Positions 1 through 9,310 of a stretch of 32,000 bases of DNA are shown piece by piece. Source of the DNA: Promethearchaeum syntrophicum (GTDB lineage Archaea > Asgardarchaeota > Lokiarchaeia > Sigyniarchaeales > Promethearchaeaceae); the NCBI RefSeq assembly GCF_008000775.2, contig NZ_CP042905.2:3600001-3632000 (forward strand), given 5' to 3'. A program made the position numbers and the translations under genes. How positions within the stretch are numbered: position 1 is the first letter of the stretch; every line of letters begins with the position of its first letter. Under the pieces are notes generated by a model that saw nothing but the letters and a program-made list of their open reading frames with translations, ran no database searches and was not told where the DNA came from.

Positions 1-27
1 CATCTGCTTCATCTTCAATTTTAAATC

Positions 28-1248
28 TCAATTTTCAATAAAAATGAAATCTTTTGCGGGAGGCACTAAAAATTTGCAGCCTTCTTTGGTCACTACAATA
101 TCTTCTTCTAAAGAAACCGTTCCAAAATTTTTGGTTTTAATACTAGGTTCTAACGTGTATACTTGATTCACTTCAAGCTTTCCTTTTGGAATATCTCCAT
201 ATCGTTCCCAGAGAGGTCCGATCAAAGTCCCTCCATCATGCGCTTCAGTTCCAACTTGATGACCAAGAGCATGTTTAAATTCTTCATACCCACGGGAAAA
301 AATATAAGTTCGAACTTTGGCATCGATTTCATAGGCAATAACTCCAGGTTTAATACTATCTGCAGCAATTTGAATGCCGGTTATGATCGTGTCAATTGCG
401 TGTCTTAATTCTTCAGGAACCTCATCTCTATTTCCAAAAAACCATAATCTCTGTATATCGGAACAATAACCTTGAAAATAAATACCAAAATCATTGTGCA
501 AAAGATGTCCTTTTTTGAGGATGCTAGTAGCTTGAGGTCCGACATGGCCAAATTCCTTATCAGGACCAGCATTAACTGCAGGACATTGTTCAATTTGCCA
601 AGAAGGTTCCAGATGTCTTTCTCTCATTTCTCTGTAGAATAATTCTTGAACTTCCGTTTCGGATAAGCCTACTTTGATATGGGATGTCAATTTTTGATTA
701 ATCTCTTCAGTAATTTCACAAGCTTTTTTGATAAGTTTGATTTCTGTCTCAGTTTTTCTGCCCCTTAATGCCCCAATTAAATGTTCAGCACTAATAAATC
801 GTTCTTTATAGTCACTTAACATTTTTTCAAGGATTAAATACATTCCATGGGATAAACCGTCAGCGGAGTATGAATTTGTGGAATAATCCAAAGCAATATT
901 TTTGGGGTTCATCTGACCAAGGATTTTCAATAGATGTTCTGACATCCCTTGTTCATAACCGATAACCTCATCCCACCATCCATTTTCTTTTTGGGCAAGT
1001 GCATCAAAATTTGCTACAATGGCAATTTTTTGAAAAGTATCTCCAATAGAACCAAAAATAAAAGCGGATTGAAGAACTACATCATTCCCAACAACGAATT
1101 TCATAATCGAATCAGGTGTTGTTGTAGTTTCCCGCGCGAATACTATCCAACAATGAATCCCGAATTCTTTCATCAATTCTGGGATTAGTTGATGTTTCTC
1201 GCGAATTATTTTTTTTTTATTATCAATGGATTGTTTAGAATTTCCCAT
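28..1248 (-). CDS. M24 family metallopeptidase (Xaa-Pro aminopeptidase/prolidase-like)
   Basis: 406 aa ORF; C-terminal creatinase-fold motifs GHVGPQ...HNDFGIYFQGYCSDIQR, HALGHQVGTEAHDGG, VYTLEPSI...VSLEEDIVVT. Confidence 0.85.
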   Translation of the reverse strand: MGNSKQSIDNKKKIIREKHQLIPELMKEFGIHCWIVFARETTTTPDSIMKFVVGNDVVLQSAFIFGSIGDTFQKIAIVANFDALAQKENGWWDEVIGYEQGMSEHLLKILGQMNPKNIALDYSTNSYSADGLSHGMYLILEKMLSDYKERFISAEHLIGALRGRKTETEIKLIKKACEITEEINQKLTSHIKVGLSETEVQELFYREMRERHLEPSWQIEQCPAVNAGPDKEFGHVGPQATSILKKGHLLHNDFGIYFQGYCSDIQRLWFFGNRDEVPEELRHAIDTIITGIQIAADSIKPGVIAYEIDAKVRTYIFSRGYEEFKHALGHQVGTEAHDGGTLIGPLWERYGDIPKGKLEVNQVYTLEPSIKTKNFGTVSLEEDIVVTKEGCKFLVPPAKDFIFIEN

Positions 1249-1363
1249 TACTATCTCACTAGTATATTATTTCTTTTTGATTATGAATCATCTGTTTTCT
1301 TAAAATAATGCCCACTTTTTTAGAGTTCTCTTCTATAATTTCTTTACAGATGATATACAATAA

Positions 1364-2014
1364 TCAAAGCAAGATTTTTCTTAAATCGGGTATCGTTTCT
1401 GCAATATAAGTGGGGTTTGCTTCTCTAAATTCCTCAATAGATCCATATCCATAAAGCACTCCTATTGAATCTAGTTGATTGACCTGAGCCCCGATGATGT
1501 CAAAACTTCGATCTCCAATCATAACACAATTATTTGGGTTAATATTAGGGTATTTTGTTAATATATATCCAATAATCTCTTTTTTTGCAGTTCGAGTTAA
1601 ATCAAGATTAGCTCCAACTATTTCTTCAAAATATTTATCGAGTTTATAATGTTTAAGAATATCAATAGCAAACGGGGTCGGTTTACTAGTCGCAATGAAA
1701 AGGAGAATATTTTGCTCTCCCAAATCGTGAATTAGCTCTTTGATCCCTTGATAAGGATGATTTTCTTCAATTCCACTCTTTTTATAATAAACACGGTAAA
1801 ATTCCACTGCTTCTCGTGCTTCAGATTCCGAAAGAGAATAAAAATTCTGAAAGGACTGATCTAGAGGGGGTCCAATGAACTTCTCAAAAGTTTCTGTTTT
1901 ACTATATTCTATCTTCATGCAATCCAATGCATATTTCACAGAATTTACAATCCCTATTAATGGATCAATGATCGTGCCATCAAGATCAAACAATGCTACA
2001 GAATATTGTTTCAA
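1364..2014 (-). CDS. HAD-superfamily hydrolase, phosphoglycolate phosphatase-like
   Basis: 216 aa; motif I LFDLDGTIIDP, motif II FIATSKP, motif III/IV NNCVMIGDRSFDIIGA. Confidence 0.88.
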   Translation of the reverse strand: MKQYSVALFDLDGTIIDPLIGIVNSVKYALDCMKIEYSKTETFEKFIGPPLDQSFQNFYSLSESEAREAVEFYRVYYKKSGIEENHPYQGIKELIHDLGEQNILLFIATSKPTPFAIDILKHYKLDKYFEEIVGANLDLTRTAKKEIIGYILTKYPNINPNNCVMIGDRSFDIIGAQVNQLDSIGVLYGYGSIEEFREANPTYIAETIPDLRKILL

Positions 2015-2100
2015 TGAAGTTCATTTTGATCCAATCTTTGAAATAAGAAAATCTTTTGGTTTTTAGAATGGAAAAAAATATGGGATTAAAATTAACGGAT

Positions 2101-3369
2101 TTATTCTTCAGCTGACGAGTTCTTTTTGTCGAGGTTCAATTTTTTGTAATTGAACGATAGAAACGGAATGAGAATAGCAAAGGTTGCTAATCCTAACATG
2201 AGCATCGTTGATAATAATGAATTTAATCCAAATATCCCTAAATGATCTAAACTATACCCTATCAACAATGCCATCCCCATATAGACCATATTCAATAAAA
2301 AGTTGATTATGGATAAGACTGTAGCGCGCCGATCCGAAGGGATATGATCATTTGCGTATTTATCGAGAATAGTCCAAGTATAATCTCGCGTGAAGAATAA
2401 GATAAAAAGGAAACCTAAACTAATATATTGAGTGATAATTACCATTAAGAAGAACATTACTCCAAAAATCACTGTGATCCCATAAAACGAGCCTTTTTCA
2501 CCAAATTTCTTCTCAATTTTATAGCGTAAAGGGGCGAAAAATCCAATCACTCCACGTGTAAAAGCAAATATGATCCCGAAATAAATAACCGGAATATTGA
2601 TTTCTACTAAGTATAATTGCTCCATTAAATTAACGAATAACATTGGAATCGTTAAGACTAATACCCAAAATATGGTAATAAATCGTACTATCTTATTTTT
2701 CCATACAAATCCTAAAGATTTGACAATTAGTTTGTATTGAGCGGCAATAGTTTTCGAACTTTCGGAAGGAATTGGTTCTTTCATGGTGAACACAATTGCA
2801 CTCGCAACAATCAAGGCAATTCCATGAGCGTAGAACGGTAATGTAATATGAATAGTATATAAAACGGACCCCAAAATTGCTGAAAGGATTAGCGCTACTG
2901 CAGTTATCACTTCTCTTTTTCCGGTGTATTTCAGATAGTCTTGTTCTTTATTCATTTGTTTTAAGGAATCATAAAATAATGCATTAACAGCCCCTGAAAT
3001 AAAAGAATCTCCAAATCCCATTAATATCATAGTAATTACAAACCCATTGAATGTAGAAAATACACCCATAAGGACCAAACTTAATCCCCATAAAAACATC
3101 CCTAACCCCGTAGAAAGCTTTCTACCAAAGATATCTGCAAATGCGCCACTCGGAATATCACTCAGAAATACGATTCCCGAGACTATGGCTTCTAATACAC
3201 CCATTTCAAAAAAATTTAAACCTCGTTCTTGGAAATAGATGATGCCGACAGGCATGGAGATCCATAAATTCCGGAAAAACATCGCGATGAAATATTTCGT
3301 TATGTTTTTTTCCATGGGATGTTTATTCATTTTTATACTCGTGCTAACAATTTCATCTGTATTGGTCAT
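2101..3369 (-). CDS. MFS transporter
   Basis: 422 aa polytopic protein; LSDIPSGAFADIFGRKLSTGLGM loop 2-3 signature typical of MFS. Confidence 0.85.
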   Translation of the reverse strand: MTNTDEIVSTSIKMNKHPMEKNITKYFIAMFFRNLWISMPVGIIYFQERGLNFFEMGVLEAIVSGIVFLSDIPSGAFADIFGRKLSTGLGMFLWGLSLVLMGVFSTFNGFVITMILMGFGDSFISGAVNALFYDSLKQMNKEQDYLKYTGKREVITAVALILSAILGSVLYTIHITLPFYAHGIALIVASAIVFTMKEPIPSESSKTIAAQYKLIVKSLGFVWKNKIVRFITIFWVLVLTIPMLFVNLMEQLYLVEINIPVIYFGIIFAFTRGVIGFFAPLRYKIEKKFGEKGSFYGITVIFGVMFFLMVIITQYISLGFLFILFFTRDYTWTILDKYANDHIPSDRRATVLSIINFLLNMVYMGMALLIGYSLDHLGIFGLNSLLSTMLMLGLATFAILIPFLSFNYKKLNLDKKNSSAEE

Positions 3370-3422
3370 TTTATGTCAACTGTGGGTATGGTTAAGATAA
3401 ATATCCCAATTTTTCTTTCAAT

Positions 3423-4103
3423 TCAAGTCTTTGCAATTATATATCTTAAATTATGAATATGTTCTCCATATTTTCCATGATTTTCCTTTTCTTCTAGTAG
3501 ACCAAATTCTAAAATTGTAAACTCCTGAAACTGTGTTTTTAAATCTGTCTCGGAATAATAATGGATAGGGTGCCCTGGTTCACTCTCAAAGGTATTGGGT
3601 TCAATCTCCTTCCCTTTCCCAAAAGTGGCTTCTTTATCGGAAAATACCACAAAAAAGAGAATCGCATGTGGGTTAACAATATCTGCACAAATTTTTAATA
3701 CGTTATGACGATTTTTTTCAGTAAATAGATGCAGAACATTTAAACAATAGATTGCATCATATTTTTGGGTTATTAAAGGAAGATCATAAATGGACCCAAG
3801 CCTAATGTCAGATTTTGGATCAAATATTTGCGCTAAATCATACGCAATTTCTGAATTCTCAATTCCCGCTGTTTTAATACCATTTGAAGAGAAAAGTTTC
3901 GTATTCCTCCCATAGCTTGCACCTGGAACGAACACTGACTTAATATTATGCTTTTTGAAATATTCCAGAGCAATTTGAGCAGTCATACTTGGTTTTTCTC
4001 CCCAAACTTGACCCTCTTCAGAAAATCGGTTATTCCAATATTCTTCCATACGCCACCTAATGAATAATTCCAAAAATTCCTTTCTTAATTCTAAATTTTC
4101 CAA
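3423..4103 (-). CDS. class I SAM-dependent methyltransferase
   Basis: 226 aa; VFVPGASYGRNTKLF glycine-rich motif, GIENSEIAYDLA, YDAIYCLNVLHLF. Confidence 0.75.
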   Translation of the reverse strand: MENLELRKEFLELFIRWRMEEYWNNRFSEEGQVWGEKPSMTAQIALEYFKKHNIKSVFVPGASYGRNTKLFSSNGIKTAGIENSEIAYDLAQIFDPKSDIRLGSIYDLPLITQKYDAIYCLNVLHLFTEKNRHNVLKICADIVNPHAILFFVVFSDKEATFGKGKEIEPNTFESEPGHPIHYYSETDLKTQFQEFTILEFGLLEEKENHGKYGEHIHNLRYIIAKT

Positions 4104-4135
4104 AAAACCAAAAAAAAAATACTATGATTTCAACT

Positions 4136-5326
4136 TCAACACGACTTTAAATCTTCGTTATTAATAAACGCAATCGCAGAATCTTTAGCAACATCCTTTT
4201 GGAGCATTTTAAACGCGTTTTTTGAAGAAGAAAATGTTTTTGCATTATATTTTTGCACTAATTCCAAAATTTCATCATCATAAATGCGAACGAATACCTC
4301 GATATTTGGGAAACGTAAAAAGAATTTCGAGGTTAAATAAAGCGCTTCATCAAACTCAGTATCCCGTACCCAACAAATAAACACCTGAGTCACTTCATTC
4401 AAATTCACATGAGGCCTTATATCACTTAAATAACACGTGAATTCATTGATTATATGCAATTGAGAATTTTCAACAAACTCAATCCCTTCATTTTCATCAT
4501 CAAAAAGGAAAACCTCGCGACCAGCTTGAAGAGAAATATCATGAGCAATTCGATGAGTTAAATAATCTCGACCAATTACAATAGCATTCCCCGTTTTATT
4601 CTCAATCCAGTTTTTAATACCATTCATCGCCCATTCAGATGTAGAAAACGAATAAGCATTAAGGGGATCTCGAGCCAGATATTCCTGTACATGATCACCA
4701 AATGCTCTGACATAAATTCGACATTTTTTATTTAGACATCGTATCTTTTCAGTGCAAATAATCGCCACTCTACAATCGTTAATACAAATAAACACTTCCT
4801 TTGCGTGCTTGATATTTGCTAATTCCAGATTCGATTCATCTGTAGGATCCCCCACAATTACGGGTTCTCCAACATTTATAAGATCCTCGACTAATTCTTC
4901 ATCATCTTCGATAACACAGAATGATTTCTTATTATTATCACAAAATTCTATGATTCTCTCACTAAGATGTCCGAATCCTATAATTACAGCATGGTTCGTT
5001 TTTGTTCCTGCAAGAATTTTACTCGTAATCACGGGATTATACCTTTCTAATAATTCAACCATCACGAACCCAAACACAATCACTTCCAGCAATATAGGCC
5101 ATACTAACGCATAAAAATTCGCAAAATCCCCCGCATTTCCTTGTGTTCTTACTGTCCATGATAATAAGAAAATATGCCAGAGATCTTGTCCAGATTCAGT
5201 AATCAGGAAGAAAATAAAACCGACCAACCAAAATAAGAAAAGAAATAGAAATTGCAGCATATATTTCTTTAACTTAAGATGAAATCCAATTAATACAGTT
5301 CCAATGGTCATAAGATTTGATAACAA
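4136..5326 (-). CDS. channel-like membrane protein with two TM segments and two RCK/TrkA-N type Rossmann domains
   Basis: 396 aa; TM-pore-like loop-TM (YMLQFLFLFLFWLVGFIFFLI / LLSWTVRTQGNAGD / FYALVWPILLEVIVFGFVMVELLERY) followed by AVIIGFGHLSERIIEFC...SFCVIEDDEE...VGDPTDESNLELANI and a second Rossmann-like repeat NAIVIGRDYLTHRIAHD. Confidence 0.75.
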   Translation of the reverse strand: MLSNLMTIGTVLIGFHLKLKKYMLQFLFLFLFWLVGFIFFLITESGQDLWHIFLLSWTVRTQGNAGDFANFYALVWPILLEVIVFGFVMVELLERYNPVITSKILAGTKTNHAVIIGFGHLSERIIEFCDNNKKSFCVIEDDEELVEDLINVGEPVIVGDPTDESNLELANIKHAKEVFICINDCRVAIICTEKIRCLNKKCRIYVRAFGDHVQEYLARDPLNAYSFSTSEWAMNGIKNWIENKTGNAIVIGRDYLTHRIAHDISLQAGREVFLFDDENEGIEFVENSQLHIINEFTCYLSDIRPHVNLNEVTQVFICWVRDTEFDEALYLTSKFFLRFPNIEVFVRIYDDEILELVQKYNAKTFSSSKNAFKMLQKDVAKDSAIAFINNEDLKSC

Positions 5327-5862
5327 AAATCACAATAAAAAGGATATGATCTAACTTTTTGGAATCACCTGAGATCGAAAGTTCCAGTGATACTTCTGAA
5401 AACCATAGAAAACATTTAAGTAGTCAATTTTTATAGGATATTTATGAAAGAATTAAAAAAAACAAAAATCATTGGGTTTTTTGGTTATATTTTCTCTTTC
5501 TTATTTCATTCTCATCCTGTTGTGATTGTTGCTAACGCTGGTTTGCCGAAAAAGAAAGAAAAAAAGGATGCAAGTGAAAAGAAATAAATTTCAATTGTTG
5601 AAAATAACTCTAATTAATTAATTCTTCTATTTCTAAGCGATTTTCACGTTTCTCTTACAAAAATTTTATTATATATAAAAATCGGGAGAATTGAAAGAAC
5701 CCAAAATAAAGAGAATTAGTATCAGCAGTACTGCTAAAGTGAAGAATATTGATGAGATTCTTTGTTTAAATTTATTTTTTTTTACTTCATTTTTAAATAA
5801 ATGAATTCTCATTTTGTACATGTATATTAGAAACAAGAATTAAAAAACTTCTCTAAGCAATG

Positions 5863-6072
5863 CTATCTTTTCTCCGATTTAGAAGTCATGTATGAGAGTG
5901 AATGAAATTGAAAGAGTGATGATGAATTGAACCTCAATCCCTCCTTCATTTTTTGATCTTCATCTGAATCTATCAATGAAATAAATAAGAGTAAAAATGG
6001 GATCGAGTAGAACCATAATTTTGAGATAAAAATACCCAGCAGAATGAATGTTAGGATGAAAAAAATTAACAA
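5863..6072 (-). CDS. small hypothetical membrane protein
   Basis: 69 aa ORF with hydrophobic N-terminal two-thirds; no other support. Confidence 0.3.
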   Translation of the reverse strand: MLIFFILTFILLGIFISKLWFYSIPFLLLFISLIDSDEDQKMKEGLRFNSSSLFQFHSLSYMTSKSEKR

Positions 6073-6454
6073 GTAATTGAATACCTTAGCATACGCTTTT
6101 CTATTCCCATAGTATTACCATGGTAATTCACCTTTTAAAATGCATTTAGAGTCAATAATGTCGTCACCGCTTAAAATGGTTATCTATCCCAAGTTAAAAT
6201 TCTTCTCCTTTGTTCTATAGTGAGTTCGGATACTTTTTCGTTGAGAAGCATCAATCAATTAAAAATAAAAAGATAATTAGGAAACAATTATCAATATTAT
6301 ATGAAAAAAAAAACATGAAGTGACAAATTAATCTTCGTTATTCACGCCTCCACGTTTATTAATTCCTCTTCAGTGAGATATATCGGAAAAATGTTTTCAA
6401 GTCTTTTTTAAGAAAATAACCGAGATGATTTTGTCACCTCATGAAAAAAAAAAA

Positions 6455-6545
6455 TTCCTCATCAATATCTATTGGGGTTTTTGCCAATTTTATGAAATTT
6501 ATCTTCAATGCCCAAGCTTTAATCGCACTTTTACTTTTTCTGAAA
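6455..6545 (-). pseudogene. relic of the Hsp20 3' end
   Basis: ttcctcatcaatatctattggggtttttgccaattttatgaaatttatcttcaatgcccaagctttaatcgcactttta closely matches the 3' end of the intact Hsp20 gene (about 7403..7490), with an indel that breaks the frame. Confidence 0.8.
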
Positions 6546-7013
6546 CAATAATTTCATTTTTTCCTTAAAATTAGTCTCTAATGGATTAATAATCGGAATA
6601 GATCCCAAATCATATTTAAAATCACTATCCGTAGTTATAAATGCATCTACATTCGATTGAATTGCAGTCGTCCCATGAATAGCATCGGCAGCATATAAAT
6701 TATATGTGAAAATTAACTCCCTTGCAGCTATTATTGATTTAAATACTACCGGTTTTAATTGGATTTTATCATCTTGAACCATTTGACCGATTTCCACTAA
6801 GAAGAAGTCAAGAACTAAATTGGCGTCTTTTTCTTTTATTATTCCTAGATTAACTTGCTTCTTTAATGCTCGAAACATTTCCACTACAGCCCATTCGCAA
6901 GTTACTCCTTGAATTTCTGTAGATAAATTTTCAAACAACCAATCTATTATGGAACCTTTTTCAACGGGGCAGTAAGCATGATAAAAAATGTTTGTATCTA
7001 AATAAAATTGCAT
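6531..7013 (-). CDS. PIN-domain ribonuclease toxin (VapC-like)
   Basis: 160 aa; N-terminal FYLDTNIFYHAY, C-terminal AADAIHGTTAIQSNVDAFITTDSDF acidic residues; immediately downstream of an RHH protein. Confidence 0.85.
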   Translation of the reverse strand: MQFYLDTNIFYHAYCPVEKGSIIDWLFENLSTEIQGVTCEWAVVEMFRALKKQVNLGIIKEKDANLVLDFFLVEIGQMVQDDKIQLKPVVFKSIIAARELIFTYNLYAADAIHGTTAIQSNVDAFITTDSDFKYDLGSIPIINPLETNFKEKMKLLFQKK

Positions 7014-7249
7014 TATTCTTCCTCTCTAACAGATCTAATTGCTTGAGTTCCTGTTTGAAAATCTTTTTTCTGTTGCGTTTTTAGGTAATTTCTTAAATCT
7101 ACTTTTGATTTGAACCCAAGTTTATTTAGAATGAAAGAATATATCCCTCCACGAATCGCCTCGCTGCGATTCTTTATATAGCCCTTTTTAATAAGTTGAT
7201 CAAGCCATTCAACCAGCTCATCATCTACTGAAACGGAAATATTTGTCAT
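7013..7249 (-). CDS. ribbon-helix-helix (CopG/Arc-type) antitoxin
   Basis: 78 aa; MTNISVSVDDELVEWLDQLIKKGYIKNRSEAIRGGIYSFI is a classic RHH domain; start/stop overlap with PIN ORF at 7013. Confidence 0.88.
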   Translation of the reverse strand: MTNISVSVDDELVEWLDQLIKKGYIKNRSEAIRGGIYSFILNKLGFKSKVDLRNYLKTQQKKDFQTGTQAIRSVREEE

Positions 7250-7265
7250 AAAATCACTTTTAATA

Positions 7266-7311
7266 CTTAATTAATATTAAGAAAATTATATTATTAAAAT
7301 AGTACTATTTT
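7266..7311. promoter_or_regulatory. putative autoregulatory operator/promoter of the RHH-PIN pair
   Basis: Inverted repeat CTTAAT-taat-ATTAAG (7266..7281) and perfect 16-bp palindrome AAAATAGTACTATTTT (7296..7311), 17-62 bp upstream of the RHH start. Confidence 0.5.
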
Positions 7312-7399
7312 CTATTTCATGAATTATGATGATGATTGGTGCATAGAAATGAATGAAAATGGTTGAAAAAATAACTTGCTTAAATATAAAAGAAAAAAA

Positions 7400-7846
7400 T
7401 TATTCCTCATCAATATCTATTGTCGTTTTTGGCAATTTTGTGAAATTTACCTTCAAGACCCCCAGCTTTAATCGCGCTTTGACTTTCTCTGGATCGATCG
7501 CGGATTGGACTGCAATTTTCACACTTACTGGTCGATTTAAGATCCAACTTGCTTGCTTTTCAAGCTTAATTGGTTGATCTACGCCCCCTTCAATTGGTTG
7601 TTGTTCTTTCTTTGCTTCAATTAAAATTTCACTTCCTCTAACTGAAACTTCAATGTCTTTTACTTCTAAACCTGGTAATGGCATCGTCACTATGTATTCA
7701 GTTTTTGTCTCTTCTAAATCATAAGGCATATAATTCTGCCATTTACCCATCATCATATGCATAAAGTTGGGATCGAATTTTGGACCACACGCCCCCCCAG
7801 CAAAATGCATTCCTCCCCGATGAGGATTATAGTTGCTCTTTGTCAT
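7400..7846 (-). CDS. Hsp20 / alpha-crystallin small heat shock protein
   Basis: 148 aa; EYIVTMPLPGLEVKDIEVSVRGSEILIEAKKE and RLKLGVLKVNFTKLPK (GxLxxxxPK-type C-terminal alpha-crystallin motif). Confidence 0.88.
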   Translation of the reverse strand: MTKSNYNPHRGGMHFAGGACGPKFDPNFMHMMMGKWQNYMPYDLEETKTEYIVTMPLPGLEVKDIEVSVRGSEILIEAKKEQQPIEGGVDQPIKLEKQASWILNRPVSVKIAVQSAIDPEKVKARLKLGVLKVNFTKLPKTTIDIDEE

Positions 7847-7914
7847 TTATTGGTTTCTCCATCTATTTTCATTTATTAATATTTTTTTTTTTTTATTTTT
7901 ATATGGGTATTGTT

Positions 7915-8136
7915 TCAATAAAAAAATGGGTATCTCTTCTTCTTTTGCTCCAGATGTTCTTGTTTGTGGTCAAAATATTTAAAATCTATTTGATCTGCGA
8001 TGCCTGAACGCCCTTCTACTTGTTTTTCCAGTGATGACTCTTTTGGATTTTGAATGTTCATCACCAATAAATCTTCGGTCATCACCAATGGTTGTTTATA
8101 GACAGGTGTCCACGCAGGACTTTGTATTTGCGACAT
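7915..8136 (-). CDS. hypothetical protein
   Basis: 73 aa hydrophilic ORF upstream of and codirectional with Hsp20. Confidence 0.4.
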   Translation of the reverse strand: MSQIQSPAWTPVYKQPLVMTEDLLVMNIQNPKESSLEKQVEGRSGIADQIDFKYFDHKQEHLEQKKKRYPFFY

Positions 8137-8290
8137 AATTACTCCTATTTTCTCCTTTTTACTCCTTTTTACTCCGTTTTTTATGGTTTGTTTAGGTTAG
8201 TTCTGGTAGGTTGTTTTTATTTCTTGTTTATCTTAGTTATTTCACTTAATCTTCACTTAAAAAAAAAAGAAATCTGCAATTTCGTGCAGA

Positions 8291-8905
8291 TTATTCTTCC
8301 TCAATTTTAATTTTTGTCCAATTCCTCTTTTCATTTTCACACTCCTTAGTCTTGGTGGCGATTAACTCAATCTGTTTATCAAGATTTTCCATTTGCTTAT
8401 TAAACCGCTCAGTTAAATTGATTTTTTCTTGTTCTAAACGTTTCTTCATTCTTTCAAGATTTTCCATTGATTGGGAAATGTTCGAAAAACTACAGAATTC
8501 ATTGGAAGAAAGAAAATCATCCAGAAACCCATAGTCTGAGAAATTCCAAAATTCAGAAAAATCTAATTGCTGTAAAAAAGGTAGGGGTTTAATGAGCGTT
8601 TTAAAGAGCTTCGGTAGAAATTCGATGCTATCGTGAATAATTTTTGGACTATTTTCGGTCAATCGTTGTTTTCCTTGGTCGGTTATAGTATATATTTTGG
8701 AATTCTCAGAGATATCACCGGATTCATTAAGTTTCTTCAGTTTTGGGTAGAGCGTCCCAGGTGAAATGTTTGATATTGGGAAATACACTTTAAATTTGTT
8801 CACTAATGCATACCCAGTTAATCCTTCTGGATTTTGTTCTAAGATTGAAAGTATAATTAAGTCCAATGCTTTTCGTGGGATCATTATTTTCCTTTCCTTT
8901 TTCAT
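8291..8905 (-). CDS. PadR family transcriptional regulator with coiled-coil C-terminus
   Basis: 204 aa; ALDLIILSILEQNPEGLTGYALVNKF...SPGTLYPKLKKLNESGDI...YTITDQGKQRL. Confidence 0.85.
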   Translation of the reverse strand: MKKERKIMIPRKALDLIILSILEQNPEGLTGYALVNKFKVYFPISNISPGTLYPKLKKLNESGDISENSKIYTITDQGKQRLTENSPKIIHDSIEFLPKLFKTLIKPLPFLQQLDFSEFWNFSDYGFLDDFLSSNEFCSFSNISQSMENLERMKKRLEQEKINLTERFNKQMENLDKQIELIATKTKECENEKRNWTKIKIEEE

Positions 8906-9310
8906 GGGTTTTTTTGAGATTTTGGGAATTTGAAAATCGTAAATTAGGAAATTTAGTATTCGAATTCGAATCTCTAATAATTTTTAAAACCTAAAATAAT
9001 TATGACAGCGCCATTATTTAAATGTTCGGTTTCGAATAATCGAATTGAAAATGAATTTATTAAATGAAAGAAGAGAAGCCAAAAATCCAAATTCGTTTAA
9101 AATTTTAGAGATTTTTGATCTTGGGATAAATTTTCTATCTTTATGGATTGGAATTAAAAAAAATTAAATAAAAGTATTAGTATTGACTAATCATCTTCAA
9201 TTATAATCTTAGTCCAATTATAGTCAATTTTTACGGGGAAAATTGCATAGTTGAAATGAGAAATACTTACGATTCTCCGCTAAATTTCATGACGATATTA
9301 GGGCGTGTAA

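Noticed and set aside
163-1188. Plus-strand and minor minus-strand ORFs over the M24 peptidase (163..408, 405..593, 949..1188)
   Set aside because: Fully contained in a well-supported CDS with no recognisable motifs.
5445-5640. Short hydrophobic ORF MKELKKTKIIGFFGYIFSFLFHSHPV followed by in-frame TGA and further open codons
   Set aside because: Considered as another UGA read-through case, but there is no redox motif, homology or downstream hairpin around the TGA; probably noncoding.
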